Shown here one piece after another: positions 29,745-40,135 of a stretch of 44,357 nucleotides of DNA (position 1 is its first letter; every line of letters begins with the position of its first letter). The stretch covers positions 1 to 44,357 of the forward strand of contig JAESQP010000114.1 in assembly GCA_016765075.1 (NCBI GenBank), read 5' to 3'. The DNA comes from Gammaproteobacteria bacterium (GTDB lineage: Bacteria > Pseudomonadota > Gammaproteobacteria > GCA-2400775). The position numbers and the translations under genes were made by a program. The notes under the pieces were generated by a model, which was not told where the DNA came from, made no database searches, and saw only the letters and a list, made by a program, of their open reading frames with translations.

Positions 29745-30338
29745 TTACGTTCTGACCAAGCCAGCAAAGCCGAGGAATGCCATCGACATCAAACCAGCGG
29801 TTATCAGTGCGATTGCCGGGCCACGAAAGGCGACAGGCACATCGGCGACTTCTAACCTCTCACGCATAGCGCCGAACAAAATTAAAACCAAAGAAAAACC
29901 GACTGATGCACCAAAGCCATAAATAAAGGAGTCGATGAGGTCATGTTGCTTTTGAATGTTAAGTAGTGCCACACCCAGTACAGCGCAGTTAGTGGTGATC
30001 AGCGGAAGAAAAATACCTAATACTTGATAGAGTAAGGGGCTGGTTTTGTAGATCACCATTTCAGTGAATTGCACGACGGCGGCAATCACCAGAATAAAAG
30101 TAATGGTGCGTAAATATTCCAGGCCTAACGGCGCAAGCAGGTATTCGTTGGCAAGGTAGCTGCAAACCGAGGACAGCGTGAGCACAAAGGTGGTGGCGAA
30201 AGCCATGCCCAGTGCGGTATCGAGTTTCTTCGACACACCGAGAAACGGGCACAGCCCAAGAAACTGTGACAAAACAAAGTTGTTGACGAGGACCGTGCTC
30301 ACCAATATCAGAGCATACCCGGTCAAACTTTCAGTCAT
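29745..30338 (-). CDS. rnfA: Rnf/Rsx complex subunit A
   Basis: [23 protein letters not shown] signature, six TM helices, first gene of the operon. Confidence 0.9.
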   Translation of the reverse strand: MTESLTGYALILVSTVLVNNFVLSQFLGLCPFLGVSKKLDTALGMAFATTFVLTLSSVCSYLANEYLLAPLGLEYLRTITFILVIAAVVQFTEMVIYKTSPLLYQVLGIFLPLITTNCAVLGVALLNIQKQHDLIDSFIYGFGASVGFSLVLILFGAMRERLEVADVPVAFRGPAIALITAGLMSMAFLGFAGLVRT

Positions 30339-30496
30339 GGTCGTTTCTTATCGCGGTAAGTAGTTTTCATATAATTAAAAAATATAATAAACCCGTAAGT
30401 TATAATAAAAAATTCTACATTGACATGTTAACTGAGCTTGAGCTTCGTTTCAAACGCTGTGTTCAGTAAGTGATTGAAAATCCAGTGCTTCATTGC

Positions 30497-32578
30497 TTAT
30501 TTTACTTTCATGCCTGGTTGGGCACCAATATGGGGTTCTAGTAGCCACAGATCTTCGCCACCTGGCCCGGCAGCCAATACCATGCCTTCGGAGACGCCAA
30601 AGCGCATTTTGCGTGGCGCGAGGTTGGCGACCATGATGGTTAGCTTGCCTTCAAGGTCTTCAGGCCGGTAGGCGGATTTAATTCCGGCCAACACATTACG
30701 TGTACCCATGTCGCCCAAGTCGAGTGTGAGTTGTAATAATTTGTCGGCGCCGTCAACGTGTTCGGCTTTGGTGATGCGAGCGATACGTAGGTCGATTTTG
30801 GCGAAGTCGTCAAAGGTAATGGTGCTACTGTCTTGGCTTGCATTGTTCTGTTGAACGGCCTTGGTCGTTTTTTGCGTGGAGGTGGCTTGAGACACTTTAT
30901 CTTGAGCTCCGAGGGTGTGTTGTGCGGTGTTAATGATGGCTTCAACCGCTTTCGGGTCAACGCGGGTCATTAACGGTTTAAATTGATTAATAGTGTGATT
31001 GGTTAGTGGCTGCGTACGATCAGCCCAAGTAAGCGCTGCGATGTTCAAAAAGGCTTCAGACTTTTCGACGGTGACTGGTAGCACTGGCTTGAGATAAGTC
31101 ACTAGAATACGGAACAGATTAATACCCATGCTGCAGACTTGATGTAACTCTTGGTCTTTACCTTCTACTTTGGCCATGACCCAGGGTTGTTTTTGATCTA
31201 TGTATTGATTGGCACGATCGGCTAACGCCATGATATCGCGCATGGCTCGGTTATAGTCGCGGTTTTCATATGACTCAGCAATGGTGTCGCCAGCGTCAAC
31301 CAGTTCGGCCAGTAAACCGGGCTGATCAATCTCTGCGCTGAGCTTGCTAGCAAAGCGTTTTGCGATGAAACCGGCGCAACGGCTGGCAATGTTAATGACC
31401 TTGCCAACTAGGTCAGAATTGACGCGGCTGGTAAAGTCATCGAAATTAAGGTCAAGGTCTGCCACTTTGCTACCCAGTTTGGCGGCGAAGTAATAGCGTA
31501 AATACTCAGGGTTTAAATGATCGAGATAGGTGCTGGCCTTGATAAAGGTGCCGCGTGACTTTGACATCTTCTCACCATTAACGGTAAGAAAACCGTGGGC
31601 AAAAATACCACTGGGTTTGCGAAAGCCTGCGCCTTCAAGCATGGCTGGCCAGAACAGGGCGTGGAAATAGACAATGTCTTTGCCGATGAAATGGTAAAGC
31701 TCAGTCGTTGACTCTTTACCCCAGTATTCGTCAAAGTTTAGGTTTTTTGCTGCGCACAGTTTTTTAAAACTGGCCATATAACCGACAGGCGCATCAAGCC
31801 AGACGTAAAAATATTTACCTGGCGCGCCAGGAATTTCAAAACCAAAATACGGTGCGTCGCGTGAGATATCCCATTCACGCAAATCGCCGTCCAGCCATTC
31901 ACCAAGTTTATTGGCCATTTCTGTCTGGACATGGCCTTGTTTTATCCAGTGACGCAACATGTCGGCAAAGTTTTGTAGCTTGAAGAAATGATGCTCTGAT
32001 GAGCGCGTGATAGGCGTAGCGCCGCTGACAGCAGAGACTGGATTAATCAGTTCGGTTGGGCTGTAGCTGGCGCCACAGACTTCACAGTTGTCGCCATATT
32101 GATCTGGCGCGTGGCAGCGCGGACACTCACCTTTGATAAAGCGATCGGGTAGAAACATCTCTTTTTCAGGGTCATAGGCTTGCTCGACGTCGCGTGTGGT
32201 GATATGGCCAGCATCCTTTAAGCGGGTATAAATGGTTTCAGCCAATTCACGGTTTTCGTCAGAATGGGTACTGTAGTAATAATCGAAATCGATGGCAAAG
32301 GCGGCAAAATCACGTTGGTGCTCAATTGAGCTTTCTTCAATTAGCTGTTCTGGGCTGATACCACGCTTTTCTGCGTGCAGCATAATCGGTGTGCCGTGGG
32401 CATCATCGGCGCAAATATAATAACAATCGTGACCACGCATTTTCTGAAAGCGCGACCAGATGTCGGTCTGGATATATTCGACTAAGTGACCCAAATGAAT
32501 GGGTCCATTGGCGTAGGGTAAGGCGCTGGTAACCAGCATTTTTCGTTTTGCCGGTATTTTTTGTTTTGATAGGAGCAT
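30497..32578 (-). CDS. metG: Methionine--tRNA ligase (with C-terminal tRNA-binding/EMAP domain)
   Basis: [13 protein letters not shown] (HIGH), zinc knuckles [26 protein letters not shown] at 32578 (MLLSKQK...) is preferred to the TTG at 32599. Confidence 0.95.
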   Translation of the reverse strand: MLLSKQKIPAKRKMLVTSALPYANGPIHLGHLVEYIQTDIWSRFQKMRGHDCYYICADDAHGTPIMLHAEKRGISPEQLIEESSIEHQRDFAAFAIDFDYYYSTHSDENRELAETIYTRLKDAGHITTRDVEQAYDPEKEMFLPDRFIKGECPRCHAPDQYGDNCEVCGASYSPTELINPVSAVSGATPITRSSEHHFFKLQNFADMLRHWIKQGHVQTEMANKLGEWLDGDLREWDISRDAPYFGFEIPGAPGKYFYVWLDAPVGYMASFKKLCAAKNLNFDEYWGKESTTELYHFIGKDIVYFHALFWPAMLEGAGFRKPSGIFAHGFLTVNGEKMSKSRGTFIKASTYLDHLNPEYLRYYFAAKLGSKVADLDLNFDDFTSRVNSDLVGKVINIASRCAGFIAKRFASKLSAEIDQPGLLAELVDAGDTIAESYENRDYNRAMRDIMALADRANQYIDQKQPWVMAKVEGKDQELHQVCSMGINLFRILVTYLKPVLPVTVEKSEAFLNIAALTWADRTQPLTNHTINQFKPLMTRVDPKAVEAIINTAQHTLGAQDKVSQATSTQKTTKAVQQNNASQDSSTITFDDFAKIDLRIARITKAEHVDGADKLLQLTLDLGDMGTRNVLAGIKSAYRPEDLEGKLTIMVANLAPRKMRFGVSEGMVLAAGPGGEDLWLLEPHIGAQPGMKVK

Positions 32579-32884
32579 GTGAGTTCTGTGAGTAGGCAAA
32601 CCCCCTATTGTATCTAAGATGGTCGGCTATAGGTGCTGTCGTTACTAATATGCTGCAAACACCTGATTATAGAAGAAAGCTATAAGGCTGATTAGTTTAA
32701 TTAAATAGTCATAATCGAGCCCTAGCGGTAATGTTACCACCACTCAGCAGTTTTACCCTACTTGAACTGTTGATCTTAATATAGTTTATGTCTATATAAC
32801 TGGCTGGCGTTTTTGTACTACCTCCCCTCACTTCTCATTGCCAGCCAGGTTTTTTCGTTTTACTGTGGCTTGAGTTAGCAAATT

Positions 32885-33595
32885 CTAGAAAGAATAAACA
32901 ACGGAAGCGGTGCTGATCGTATCGGTTGATACTGTACCAGTGGGTGTGTTGCTATTGTTTCTCGCTGTTAGCGATAGCTTCAACGCTAGTTTTTTAGCAG
33001 AGCCAACCTTAAAGGCAGTCACGCTTTCGGTGAAGGTGTTGTCTGAGCCTGGTTCTATGAGCAGGGTCTGGCTGAACAAGGCATTGTCGCTGACTGTATA
33101 TTCGTAATCACCATAAAAACGACCAATGACTTGGTTTTGGCTTGCACCATCAACGGTTTCGCTGAATCTATAACCGGCACCTGCCTCGACGTCGAGACGG
33201 CTACGTGAGTATTTAAATAGTCTGCGACCATAACCTGCTGTCAGTGAGGACTGGAAATCGAAGCCACTGAAACGGTCATCGTCATAACGAAAGGCGCCAA
33301 ATAAATAGTTATCAGCGCTAATTTTACGATCAGCTTTATAGCCAAAGGTATAGCGTTCTGCTGTGGTTGCATTACTATCAGAAACAAAGAGCGCTTCAAG
33401 CCCTAAGGTATAGCGCCATAAGTCAGTGTTATTGGTGAGTTTTAAACGGCCGTGGAGATTTTCTGTATCGCTATTACCACTTGTGATTGCTAGGCCGAAT
33501 TCGCCTTCGCCGTGCCAGCCTGGCGCATCTTTGTCGGCATAGGTAAATGGGCTGAATAAACAAATAGTTAAGGTTAGAGTCAAACTGCGACGCAT
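32885..33595 (-). CDS. DUF481 family outer-membrane beta-barrel protein (YdiY-like)
   Basis: Signal peptide MRRSLTLTLTICLFSPFTYA from the ATG at 33595 (AAAGGAA RBS). Alternating beta-strand pattern ending in aromatic ...SVVYSF. The longer ORF-track N-terminus is probably not translated. Confidence 0.7.
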   Translation of the reverse strand: MRRSLTLTLTICLFSPFTYADKDAPGWHGEGEFGLAITSGNSDTENLHGRLKLTNNTDLWRYTLGLEALFVSDSNATTAERYTFGYKADRKISADNYLFGAFRYDDDRFSGFDFQSSLTAGYGRRLFKYSRSRLDVEAGAGYRFSETVDGASQNQVIGRFYGDYEYTVSDNALFSQTLLIEPGSDNTFTESVTAFKVGSAKKLALKLSLTARNNSNTPTGTVSTDTISTASVVYSF

Positions 33596-33959
33596 TGGAG
33601 TTCCTTTGTAACGGTTGTGTGGTTTGTTGCTCGTCGCTGCGAGGTGATTAGCCGCCGCGTGGCACGCGGCGATACTAGCATAAGGCTGTCTCTGCCTGTT
33701 CACTAAAATAGCTTTGTTCGCGTGTGGATAAACTCACTGCCATCATTGATATTCAGTGTTGTGAGCCTTCCCTATAAACTGCATATTCAGTGAATTGACA
33801 AACAATCCTCTGTAAGGCGTGTTAAGGAGGGTTCTGAATGTGCAATTTATAGGGGGCATGACACTCGTTAAGCTGCTTTAAGCGCTACGATAGAGTAAAA
33901 TCGCCTTCTTTTAAATAAAGTTGGCTGGCCATTTAAAAATAAGGCGAGCAGGAGTAAGC

Positions 33960-35054
33960 GTGGTAGAGGTAACAAAAGAGCAGGTGTTGTCAGTGTTGTC
34001 TGGTATAGCAGAGCCGTACTTAGAAAAAGACCTGGTGTCAGCGGGAATTATCGGTGATGTTGTGATTGAAGACAGTGGCCGTGTTGTGATCAAAGCAACC
34101 TTGGCCTATCCTGCTGCGGGCTATCATAGCCAACTAACGGAGGATGTTAAAAACGCAGTATCGACGCTGGATGGCGCTAGTGATGTTGTGTTGAACATTG
34201 ATACCATCATTGCTTCACGTTCGGTGCAAGCAGGCGTGAAATTATTGGCTGGTGTTAAAAACACAATTGCCGTTGCGTCCGGTAAAGGTGGCGTGGGGAA
34301 ATCAACGGTTTCCGCCAACTTGGCCTTGGCCTTGGCCGCTGAAGGTGCGCATGTGGGTGTGCTTGATGCTGATATCTATGGCCCTAGCCAGCCACGTATG
34401 TTAGGTGTTAGCGGTAAGCCGGACACCAAGGATGGCAAGTCTTTAGAGCCAAAAGAAAATTACGGTATACAAGTGATGTCAATTGGTTTTCTCATTGACG
34501 ACGAAACACCGATGATTTGGCGTGGGCCAATGGTGACGCAGGCGCTGGAGCAGTTATTACGAGATACGCGCTGGCGTGACCTTGATTATTTAATCATTGA
34601 TCTACCGCCTGGTACCGGCGATATTCAATTAACCTTGGCACAAAAAATCCCAGTGAGCGCAGCGGTTATTGTCACAACACCGCAAGACATTGCGCTATTA
34701 GATGCACGCAAAGCCTACAAAATGTTTGAGAAGGTTAAAATACCAGTGCTTGGTGTTGTTGAAAATATGAGCACGTATGTCTGTGGGCAATGCGGTAATG
34801 AAGAACATATTTTTGGTCAAGGTGGTGGTCAAGCTATGGCGCAAGACTACGACATTAGTTTTCTCGGCAGTTTACCTTTGGCGATGCGTATACGCGAAGA
34901 TGCTGATGGTGGCAGACCGACAGTTGTCGCCGAACCTGATGGCGTTATCACTAAAAGCTATCGTGCTATTGCACGCAATGTTGCAGCAAAGCTATCGTTA
35001 CAACAAAAAGAATATGCCTCGAAGTTCCCCAATATTGTTATCGAGAATAATTAA
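33960..35054 (+). CDS. apbC: Fe-S cluster carrier ATPase ApbC/Mrp
   Basis: N-terminal DUF59-like domain, deviant Walker A SGKGGVGKST, CGQCG cluster-binding motif (C-x-x-C). GTG at 33960 is preceded by AGGAG. Confidence 0.9.
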   Translation: MVEVTKEQVLSVLSGIAEPYLEKDLVSAGIIGDVVIEDSGRVVIKATLAYPAAGYHSQLTEDVKNAVSTLDGASDVVLNIDTIIASRSVQAGVKLLAGVKNTIAVASGKGGVGKSTVSANLALALAAEGAHVGVLDADIYGPSQPRMLGVSGKPDTKDGKSLEPKENYGIQVMSIGFLIDDETPMIWRGPMVTQALEQLLRDTRWRDLDYLIIDLPPGTGDIQLTLAQKIPVSAAVIVTTPQDIALLDARKAYKMFEKVKIPVLGVVENMSTYVCGQCGNEEHIFGQGGGQAMAQDYDISFLGSLPLAMRIREDADGGRPTVVAEPDGVITKSYRAIARNVAAKLSLQQKEYASKFPNIVIENN

Positions 35055-35093
35055 CCTTACGCAATCATGTGTTCCGACTTAGGGTAGCGAATA

Positions 35094-35660
35094 ATGAGTA
35101 TTAAATCTGATCTTTGGATCCGACGTATGGCTGAAAACAACAGTTTGATTGAACCATTTGAAGCAGGGCAAGTGCGTTATCACGGTGATGATCGTGTCAT
35201 TTCTTATGGTACCTCCAGCTATGGCTACGATGTACGTTGCGCCGATGAGTTCAAGATTTTTACTAACATTAATTCTGCCATTGTTGATCCCAAGAATTTT
35301 GATGAAAACAGCTTTGTTGATGTCCAGGGTGATGAATGCATTATTCCGCCCAACTCATTCGCTTTGGCTCGTACCATTGAGTACTTCCGTATCCCACGCA
35401 ACATCCTCACTATCTGTTTAGGTAAATCGACCTATGCGCGTTGTGGAATTATTGTCAACGTAACACCCTTGGAGCCAGAGTGGGAAGGCCATGTGACCCT
35501 GGAATTTTCCAATACCACACCGCTGCCTGCGCGTATCTATGCCAATGAAGGCATCGCTCAAATGCTGTTTTTTGAGTCGGATGAGGTGTGTGACGTGTCG
35601 TATAAAGACCGTGGTGGCAAATATCAAGGCCAGAAGGGAGTGACCTTACCTAAGGCCTAG
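35094..35660 (+). CDS. dcd: dCTP deaminase
   Basis: Full-length match to the Dcd pattern ([49 protein letters not shown]). Confidence 0.95.
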   Translation: MSIKSDLWIRRMAENNSLIEPFEAGQVRYHGDDRVISYGTSSYGYDVRCADEFKIFTNINSAIVDPKNFDENSFVDVQGDECIIPPNSFALARTIEYFRIPRNILTICLGKSTYARCGIIVNVTPLEPEWEGHVTLEFSNTTPLPARIYANEGIAQMLFFESDEVCDVSYKDRGGKYQGQKGVTLPKA

Positions 35661-35823
35661 GAGCCTGTCGGGCTTAGGTGATCGTAACGAGAAAAAGCCA
35701 TTTTGAGTCCATTTTTTTGATCGTTTGAGGCGAATATTGAGCATATTTAACGAAAAGGATCGAAAAAAGGGGCTAAAAGGGCTTTTGCGCAGTAGATTCA
35801 TCCTAAGTCCGACAGGCTCCCTA
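35658..35823. mobile_element. MITE-like palindromic element, family B, copy 2 (inverted relative to copy 1)
   Basis: Termini TAGGAGCCTGTCGGGCTTAGG...CCTAAGTCCGACAGGCTCCCTA. It begins with the TAG stop of dcd. Confidence 0.7.
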
Positions 35824-35824
35824 G

Positions 35825-35985
35825 GGGGGTGTTAACAATTACCGTTCGTGCCGAGATTGTGACCCTTTTCCGCGCTGGCAACGTTGCACTTCGTTGTAAT
35901 AGAACAACTATTACGCCTCAGTGCGCCTCGCCAGCACGAAAAATGACTCACAATCACGCTAACGAAGGTAATTGTTAACACCCCC
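35825..35985. mobile_element. MITE-like palindromic element, family C (single copy in window, ~161 bp)
   Basis: 19-bp perfect terminal inverted repeats GGGGGTGTTAACAATTACC / GGTAATTGTTAACACCCCC. Further imperfect arm complementarity extends inward. It directly abuts family B copy 2. Confidence 0.55.
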
Positions 35986-35991
35986 TGGTCG

Positions 35992-36741
35992 CTATAGGCC
36001 GCCGATATTTTTGATTACCGACCTGAATTTCTGACCTTTTTCATTTTGTTCAATTTGTACGGGTAGGTAATTATATTTAGGCGCGACCCAAATCGTTGTT
36101 GAGCGTTTTTCTGTTTGACGTAACAGCTTTATGGTGTCGATTTCGCCAAGCGGTGTGTCGATGGTTTCACTACCGAGGTTTTCGACGTTATAGGTTTTGA
36201 GTCTGCCTTTATCTGCGACAAGGTATTGCAGTGACGTGGGTTCATCCTGCATATCAAACATGACGTTAAGTTGGTAAAGATGGCGATCGACAGTATTGGC
36301 TGGAATTTCTAAGACCCAAGGCGTTTCTTGGCTGTTGTCGCTTACCTGCCCGGTGCCGCCAATCTGCCCGGCGTCCCAGTCGAATGTTAAATTTTGATTG
36401 CGTGATTTTTTACTGCCGCTACGATGATGCAAATATTTGAGTGGTTTAGCGTGGTTATTTTCAAAGGTAAACGTTGAACGCTCGACGATGCCTTTTAAGA
36501 ATAACCTTGCGAAAAAATGAGTGACTTTGACGTTAGATTCTAAAACGTAATGATCGTCATCAGAGCGAGTGAGTGTGCGTTGCATAGTACCGATTTTGGT
36601 GTTGCCACGATAGAAGACGTACTCCAGATTCATGCCCACTGGCAAGGTGAAACCGGATTGCGCTATTGCGCCTGGGCTGACTGCCCCTGAGCTGATTACC
36701 AGAGTCAGCAAGCCAAAAAGAAAGGTTTTAAATAATGGCAT
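35992..36741 (-). CDS. DUF3108 domain protein (periplasmic, lipocalin-like barrel)
   Basis: Signal peptide MPLFKTFLFGLLTLVISSGA. It holds the conserved position downstream of purN. The family assignment is from memory. Confidence 0.6.
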   Translation of the reverse strand: MPLFKTFLFGLLTLVISSGAVSPGAIAQSGFTLPVGMNLEYVFYRGNTKIGTMQRTLTRSDDDHYVLESNVKVTHFFARLFLKGIVERSTFTFENNHAKPLKYLHHRSGSKKSRNQNLTFDWDAGQIGGTGQVSDNSQETPWVLEIPANTVDRHLYQLNVMFDMQDEPTSLQYLVADKGRLKTYNVENLGSETIDTPLGEIDTIKLLRQTEKRSTTIWVAPKYNYLPVQIEQNEKGQKFRSVIKNIGGL

Positions 36742-36752
36742 GTTTCATGCGC

Positions 36753-37406
36753 TTACTTGCTCTCTATAACAACAGGTTGCAGTAATGGTTTGTCGTCGAG
36801 CATGAGTTTATCATCTTGCCAAACCAGGCGTTGCTGACAAAGCCAATGCAATACCTCAACGTAGATCTTGTGTTCTTCCTGTTGCACACGTTGTGACAGG
36901 CTTTCTATTGTGTCGTTAGTCAGTATAGGCACTCTTGTCTGAACGACAACCGGCCCGCTGTCTAAAGTCTCGGTAACAAAATGAACGCTGGCGCCGTGAT
37001 GTGTGTCACCAGCAGCGATGGCTTTGGCGTGGGTATTGAGGCCGCGATATTTCGGCAGTAAAGACGGATGGATGTTCAGCATGCGGCCTCGATAGCTGCG
37101 GGCAAACGTGTTAGTTAAGACGCGCATGAAGCCTGCAAGCAGGACAAAATCAGGTTTGTATTGGTCTATGGTGATTTTAAGCGCTGCATCAAAGGCCTTG
37201 CGGTTAGCGTATTGCGTATGATCGATGGCATGATGCGCGATCCCTGCGCTAGCTGCTCGGTGCAGACCATAGGCTTTGGGACGATTACTGATAACCGCAC
37301 AAATCTCGATGGGCAGACCAGCTTGGTTGGCATTAATGATGGCTTGTAAGTTGCTGCCATTGCCGGAGATGAGTACGACAATGCGTAAGCGGTTTTCTGA
37401 CACCAT
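36753..37406 (-). CDS. purN: Phosphoribosylglycinamide formyltransferase
   Basis: VLISGNGSNLQAII, LAGFMR, NIHPSLLPKYRGLNTH, catalytic Asp in TLDSGPV. Confidence 0.95.
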   Translation of the reverse strand: MVSENRLRIVVLISGNGSNLQAIINANQAGLPIEICAVISNRPKAYGLHRAASAGIAHHAIDHTQYANRKAFDAALKITIDQYKPDFVLLAGFMRVLTNTFARSYRGRMLNIHPSLLPKYRGLNTHAKAIAAGDTHHGASVHFVTETLDSGPVVVQTRVPILTNDTIESLSQRVQQEEHKIYVEVLHWLCQQRLVWQDDKLMLDDKPLLQPVVIESK

Positions 37407-38440
37407 CAGCTATTCGCGTAGACAACGCCTTGCTGGTTGACGCGTTCAATAAGGTGGCCAATGTTCCAGGCTTGTTCGCCTAGTTGGTCTAGGCTTTTTA
37501 GTACCGCAGCTTCATCGTTAGCGTCTACGCAAAGCACCATCCCAATACCGCAGTTAAATGTGCGCAACAACTCCTCGTTGCTGATATTGCCCTGTTGCGA
37601 TAGCCAATTGAATATCTCAGGTTTTGCCCAGGCATTAAGATCAATTTCAGCGGTTAGATTATTAGGTAATACGCGCGGTAGGTTTTCAGTCAAGCCACCA
37701 CCGGTAATATGTGAAATGGCTTTTACTGAATGTGATTTCAACAATTCGAGTATGGTTTTGACGTAAATCTTGGTTGGCGCCATCAAAGCATCGCCGAGTG
37801 TACCCTTTTCAAATGGGCTAGCTAATGATTGTCCTGATATTTCGAGTACTTTGCGAACCAGCGAGTAGCCATTTGAATGCGGGCCGCTGGAGGCTATGCC
37901 AATTAATGAGTCACCCTCGGCACAACTGGAACCATCAATAATCTCGTCACGTTCGACAATGCCGACACAAAAGCCAGCCAGATCAAAATCACCTTTAGCG
38001 TACATGCCGGGCATCTCGGCCGTTTCACCGCCGATCAATGCGGCGCCAGAGAGTTTGCAACCTTCGGCGATACCAGCGATAACGGCGCTGGCAATATCGA
38101 CATTGAGTTTGCCAGTGGCGTAATAATCGAGGAAAAACAGGGGCTCAGCACCTTGAACAATTAAATCGTTAACGCACATGGCGACTAAATCAATGCCGAC
38201 GCCATCATAGCGTTGGCTTTCAATGGCGAGTTTAAGCTTGGTGCCTACGCCATCGGTGCCGGCAACCAATACTGGTTTGCGGTAGCGGTCAACAGGCAGT
38301 TCAAATAAGGCGCCAAAACCGCCAAGGCCAGTGAGCACCTCAGGCCGAAAAGTCGCTTTCGCGTGTGGCTTGATACGCTCAACTAAAGAGTTGCCAGCTT
38401 CAATGTCAACGCCGGCATCACGGTAACTTAGTGTGCTCAT
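37406..38440 (-). CDS. purM: Phosphoribosylformylglycinamidine cyclo-ligase (AIR synthetase)
   Basis: [40 protein letters not shown]. One-nucleotide overlap with purN (TGATG). Confidence 0.95.
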   Translation of the reverse strand: MSTLSYRDAGVDIEAGNSLVERIKPHAKATFRPEVLTGLGGFGALFELPVDRYRKPVLVAGTDGVGTKLKLAIESQRYDGVGIDLVAMCVNDLIVQGAEPLFFLDYYATGKLNVDIASAVIAGIAEGCKLSGAALIGGETAEMPGMYAKGDFDLAGFCVGIVERDEIIDGSSCAEGDSLIGIASSGPHSNGYSLVRKVLEISGQSLASPFEKGTLGDALMAPTKIYVKTILELLKSHSVKAISHITGGGLTENLPRVLPNNLTAEIDLNAWAKPEIFNWLSQQGNISNEELLRTFNCGIGMVLCVDANDEAAVLKSLDQLGEQAWNIGHLIERVNQQGVVYANS

Positions 38441-38668
38441 AGGGTATTCATTAGGGTATATTCTAGGCTGTGTAATATGAAATTATGAGCTGCTATTATA
38501 TCTCAGCAAGTAGTGTAAGAGCCAGAAATCATTGATATCACTATATATTTAGCTTTATTCAGATAGTTCAGGATGGATTCAGTGAAAAAAGCCTAATATT
38601 CGCATCAACCATTCTTGGTTCGGAACCTTTATGAAGGCTCTAAGTTTTAAAAAAACGAGGAAATTAAC

Positions 38669-39001
38669 ATGAAAGCAAGTTGGATTGTGAGTGCAGCAGC
38701 AGCTGCGAGTTTAGTGGTGGGTGTTAGCACGGTAAGTGCAGATGAAGCATTAGCCAAAGCCAGTGGTTGTTTTGCATGCCATTCAATTGAAAAAAAGGTG
38801 CTTGGTCCGGGCTGGAAAGACGTTGCTGCAAAATATGCTGGTGACAAGGCTGCAGGCAAAGCCCTGCTGTTGACCAAGGTCGCTAAAGGCGGCAAAGGCG
38901 CTTGGGCCGATCAAGGTATCACGGCTGCCATGCCTCCTTACTCACCGCGTGTGAGTGATGAAAACATCGAGAAGTTGGTGGACTTTATCCTGGCCCTATA
39001 G
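38669..39001 (+). CDS. Periplasmic class I c-type cytochrome (c551/c552 family)
   Basis: Signal peptide, haem motif CFACH, then GPGWKDVAAKYAG and the distal Met region MPP, as in Pseudomonas c551. RBS GAGGAA. Confidence 0.85.
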   Translation: MKASWIVSAAAAASLVVGVSTVSADEALAKASGCFACHSIEKKVLGPGWKDVAAKYAGDKAAGKALLLTKVAKGGKGAWADQGITAAMPPYSPRVSDENIEKLVDFILAL

Positions 39002-39060
39002 GCTTTAGGGGTTCACTTGACCTGGCTCACCGAACCAGCGGCCAGGGCAATAAAGATAAA

Positions 39061-39089
39061 AGCCGACCTCACAAGGGTCGGCTTTTTTG
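39061..39089 (+). terminator. Rho-independent terminator of the cytochrome c gene
   Basis: AGCCGACC-tcacaag-GGTCGGCT stem-loop followed by TTTTTTGT. Confidence 0.8.
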
Positions 39090-39091
39090 TG

Positions 39092-39368
39092 CTTAGTGTT
39101 CTGTCACACATCTAATGGCGCACTCAGAGCCCCGCAAAACGCGTCAAGGCAAGGCGCAGTCCGCAGAGGATGGCTGAAGCCCTTTTTAAGGGCTGCAACG
39201 CAGCATTGGCGCGTTTTTGCGGGGTCCCCTTCGGGCAAGACGAGAAACGCCCATCTACGTTGTTGCGCTCACTTGAATTAGCCACCGCTAGTCCTGCTCG
39301 CGCGCGCCTAGCATCTGCGCGCTTCTCGTCTTGCTGAGTGCGCTATTAGATGTGTGACAGGGCACTAG
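39092..39368. mobile_element. Structured ~277-bp element with ~35-bp terminal inverted repeats (MITE-like, family D, single copy in window)
   Basis: The left end CTTAGTGTTCTGTCACACATCTAATGGCGCACTCAG matches the reverse complement of the right end, CTAGTGCCCTGTCACACATCTAATAGCGCACTCAG. Nested internal inverted repeats are present (CCCCGCAAAACGCG/CGCGTTTTTGCGGGG; GCAAGACGAGAA/TTCTCGTCTTGC). Confidence 0.5.
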
Positions 39369-39445
39369 CTTTTGCTATCACTATCGTTTTTCTATCGCTA
39401 TAGTAGGTGCTTTTAGCAAATTCTCTATAATAATAGGACGTACCT

Positions 39446-40129
39446 ATGCGTTTATTGCTAGTAGAAGATGAACCCTCCTTACGCGAGCAGCTACAGTCTC
39501 AGCTAAAAAAAGAGGGCTATGCTGTTGATGTTGCCGCTGATGGTTTAGAAGGTCAATATCTGGGTTGCGAATTCCCCTTTGACGCCGCCATTATTGACCT
39601 GGGCTTACCCAAAATTGATGGCATCGATCTAATCAAGGCGCTACGTAGTCAGGGTAAGTCGTTTCCTGTACTCATATTGACCGCACGCGGTCGTTGGCAA
39701 GAAAAAGTCGAAGGGCTTAATGCCGGTGCTGATGATTATTTGGTCAAGCCCTTTCATATCGAAGAGTTGCTGGCGCGCGTGCAGGCATTGCTGCGTCGAT
39801 CCAGCGGCTGGTCACAGCCTGTATTGGTGTGTGAGTCAGTGGCGCTTGATACACGTTCGCGTAAGGTGACGGTAAACGATAACGATGTCGATCTTACCGC
39901 CTACGAATACAAGACATTAGAGTATTTGATGCTAAACAGCGGTGCCGTGGTGTCAAAAAGCGAGTTGACTGAGCATATCTATGATCAGGATTTTGATCGT
40001 GACAGTAATGTTATTGAGGTCTTTATTGGTCGTTTGCGGCGCAAATTAGATCCCAACAACGAAATTAAACCTATCGAGACATTACGTGGCCAGGGTTATC
40101 GCTTTACGTTGCAACGACATAGCGATTAG
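39446..40129 (+). CDS. OmpR/PhoB-family response regulator (PhoP-like)
   Basis: Receiver domain (LLVEDE, phospho-acceptor D in IIDLGLP, KPF) plus a winged-helix output domain (TLRGQGYRF). Confidence 0.9.
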   Translation: MRLLLVEDEPSLREQLQSQLKKEGYAVDVAADGLEGQYLGCEFPFDAAIIDLGLPKIDGIDLIKALRSQGKSFPVLILTARGRWQEKVEGLNAGADDYLVKPFHIEELLARVQALLRRSSGWSQPVLVCESVALDTRSRKVTVNDNDVDLTAYEYKTLEYLMLNSGAVVSKSELTEHIYDQDFDRDSNVIEVFIGRLRRKLDPNNEIKPIETLRGQGYRFTLQRHSD

Positions 40130-40135
40130 GGCCTG

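Noticed and set aside
33596-33959. A duplicated ATATTCAGTG motif (near 33750 and 33790) and a GC hairpin (GCCGCGTGGCACGCGGC) in the DUF481 / apbC divergent spacer.
   Set aside because: These are short and could arise by chance. I recognise no matching regulator consensus and found no further copies in the window.
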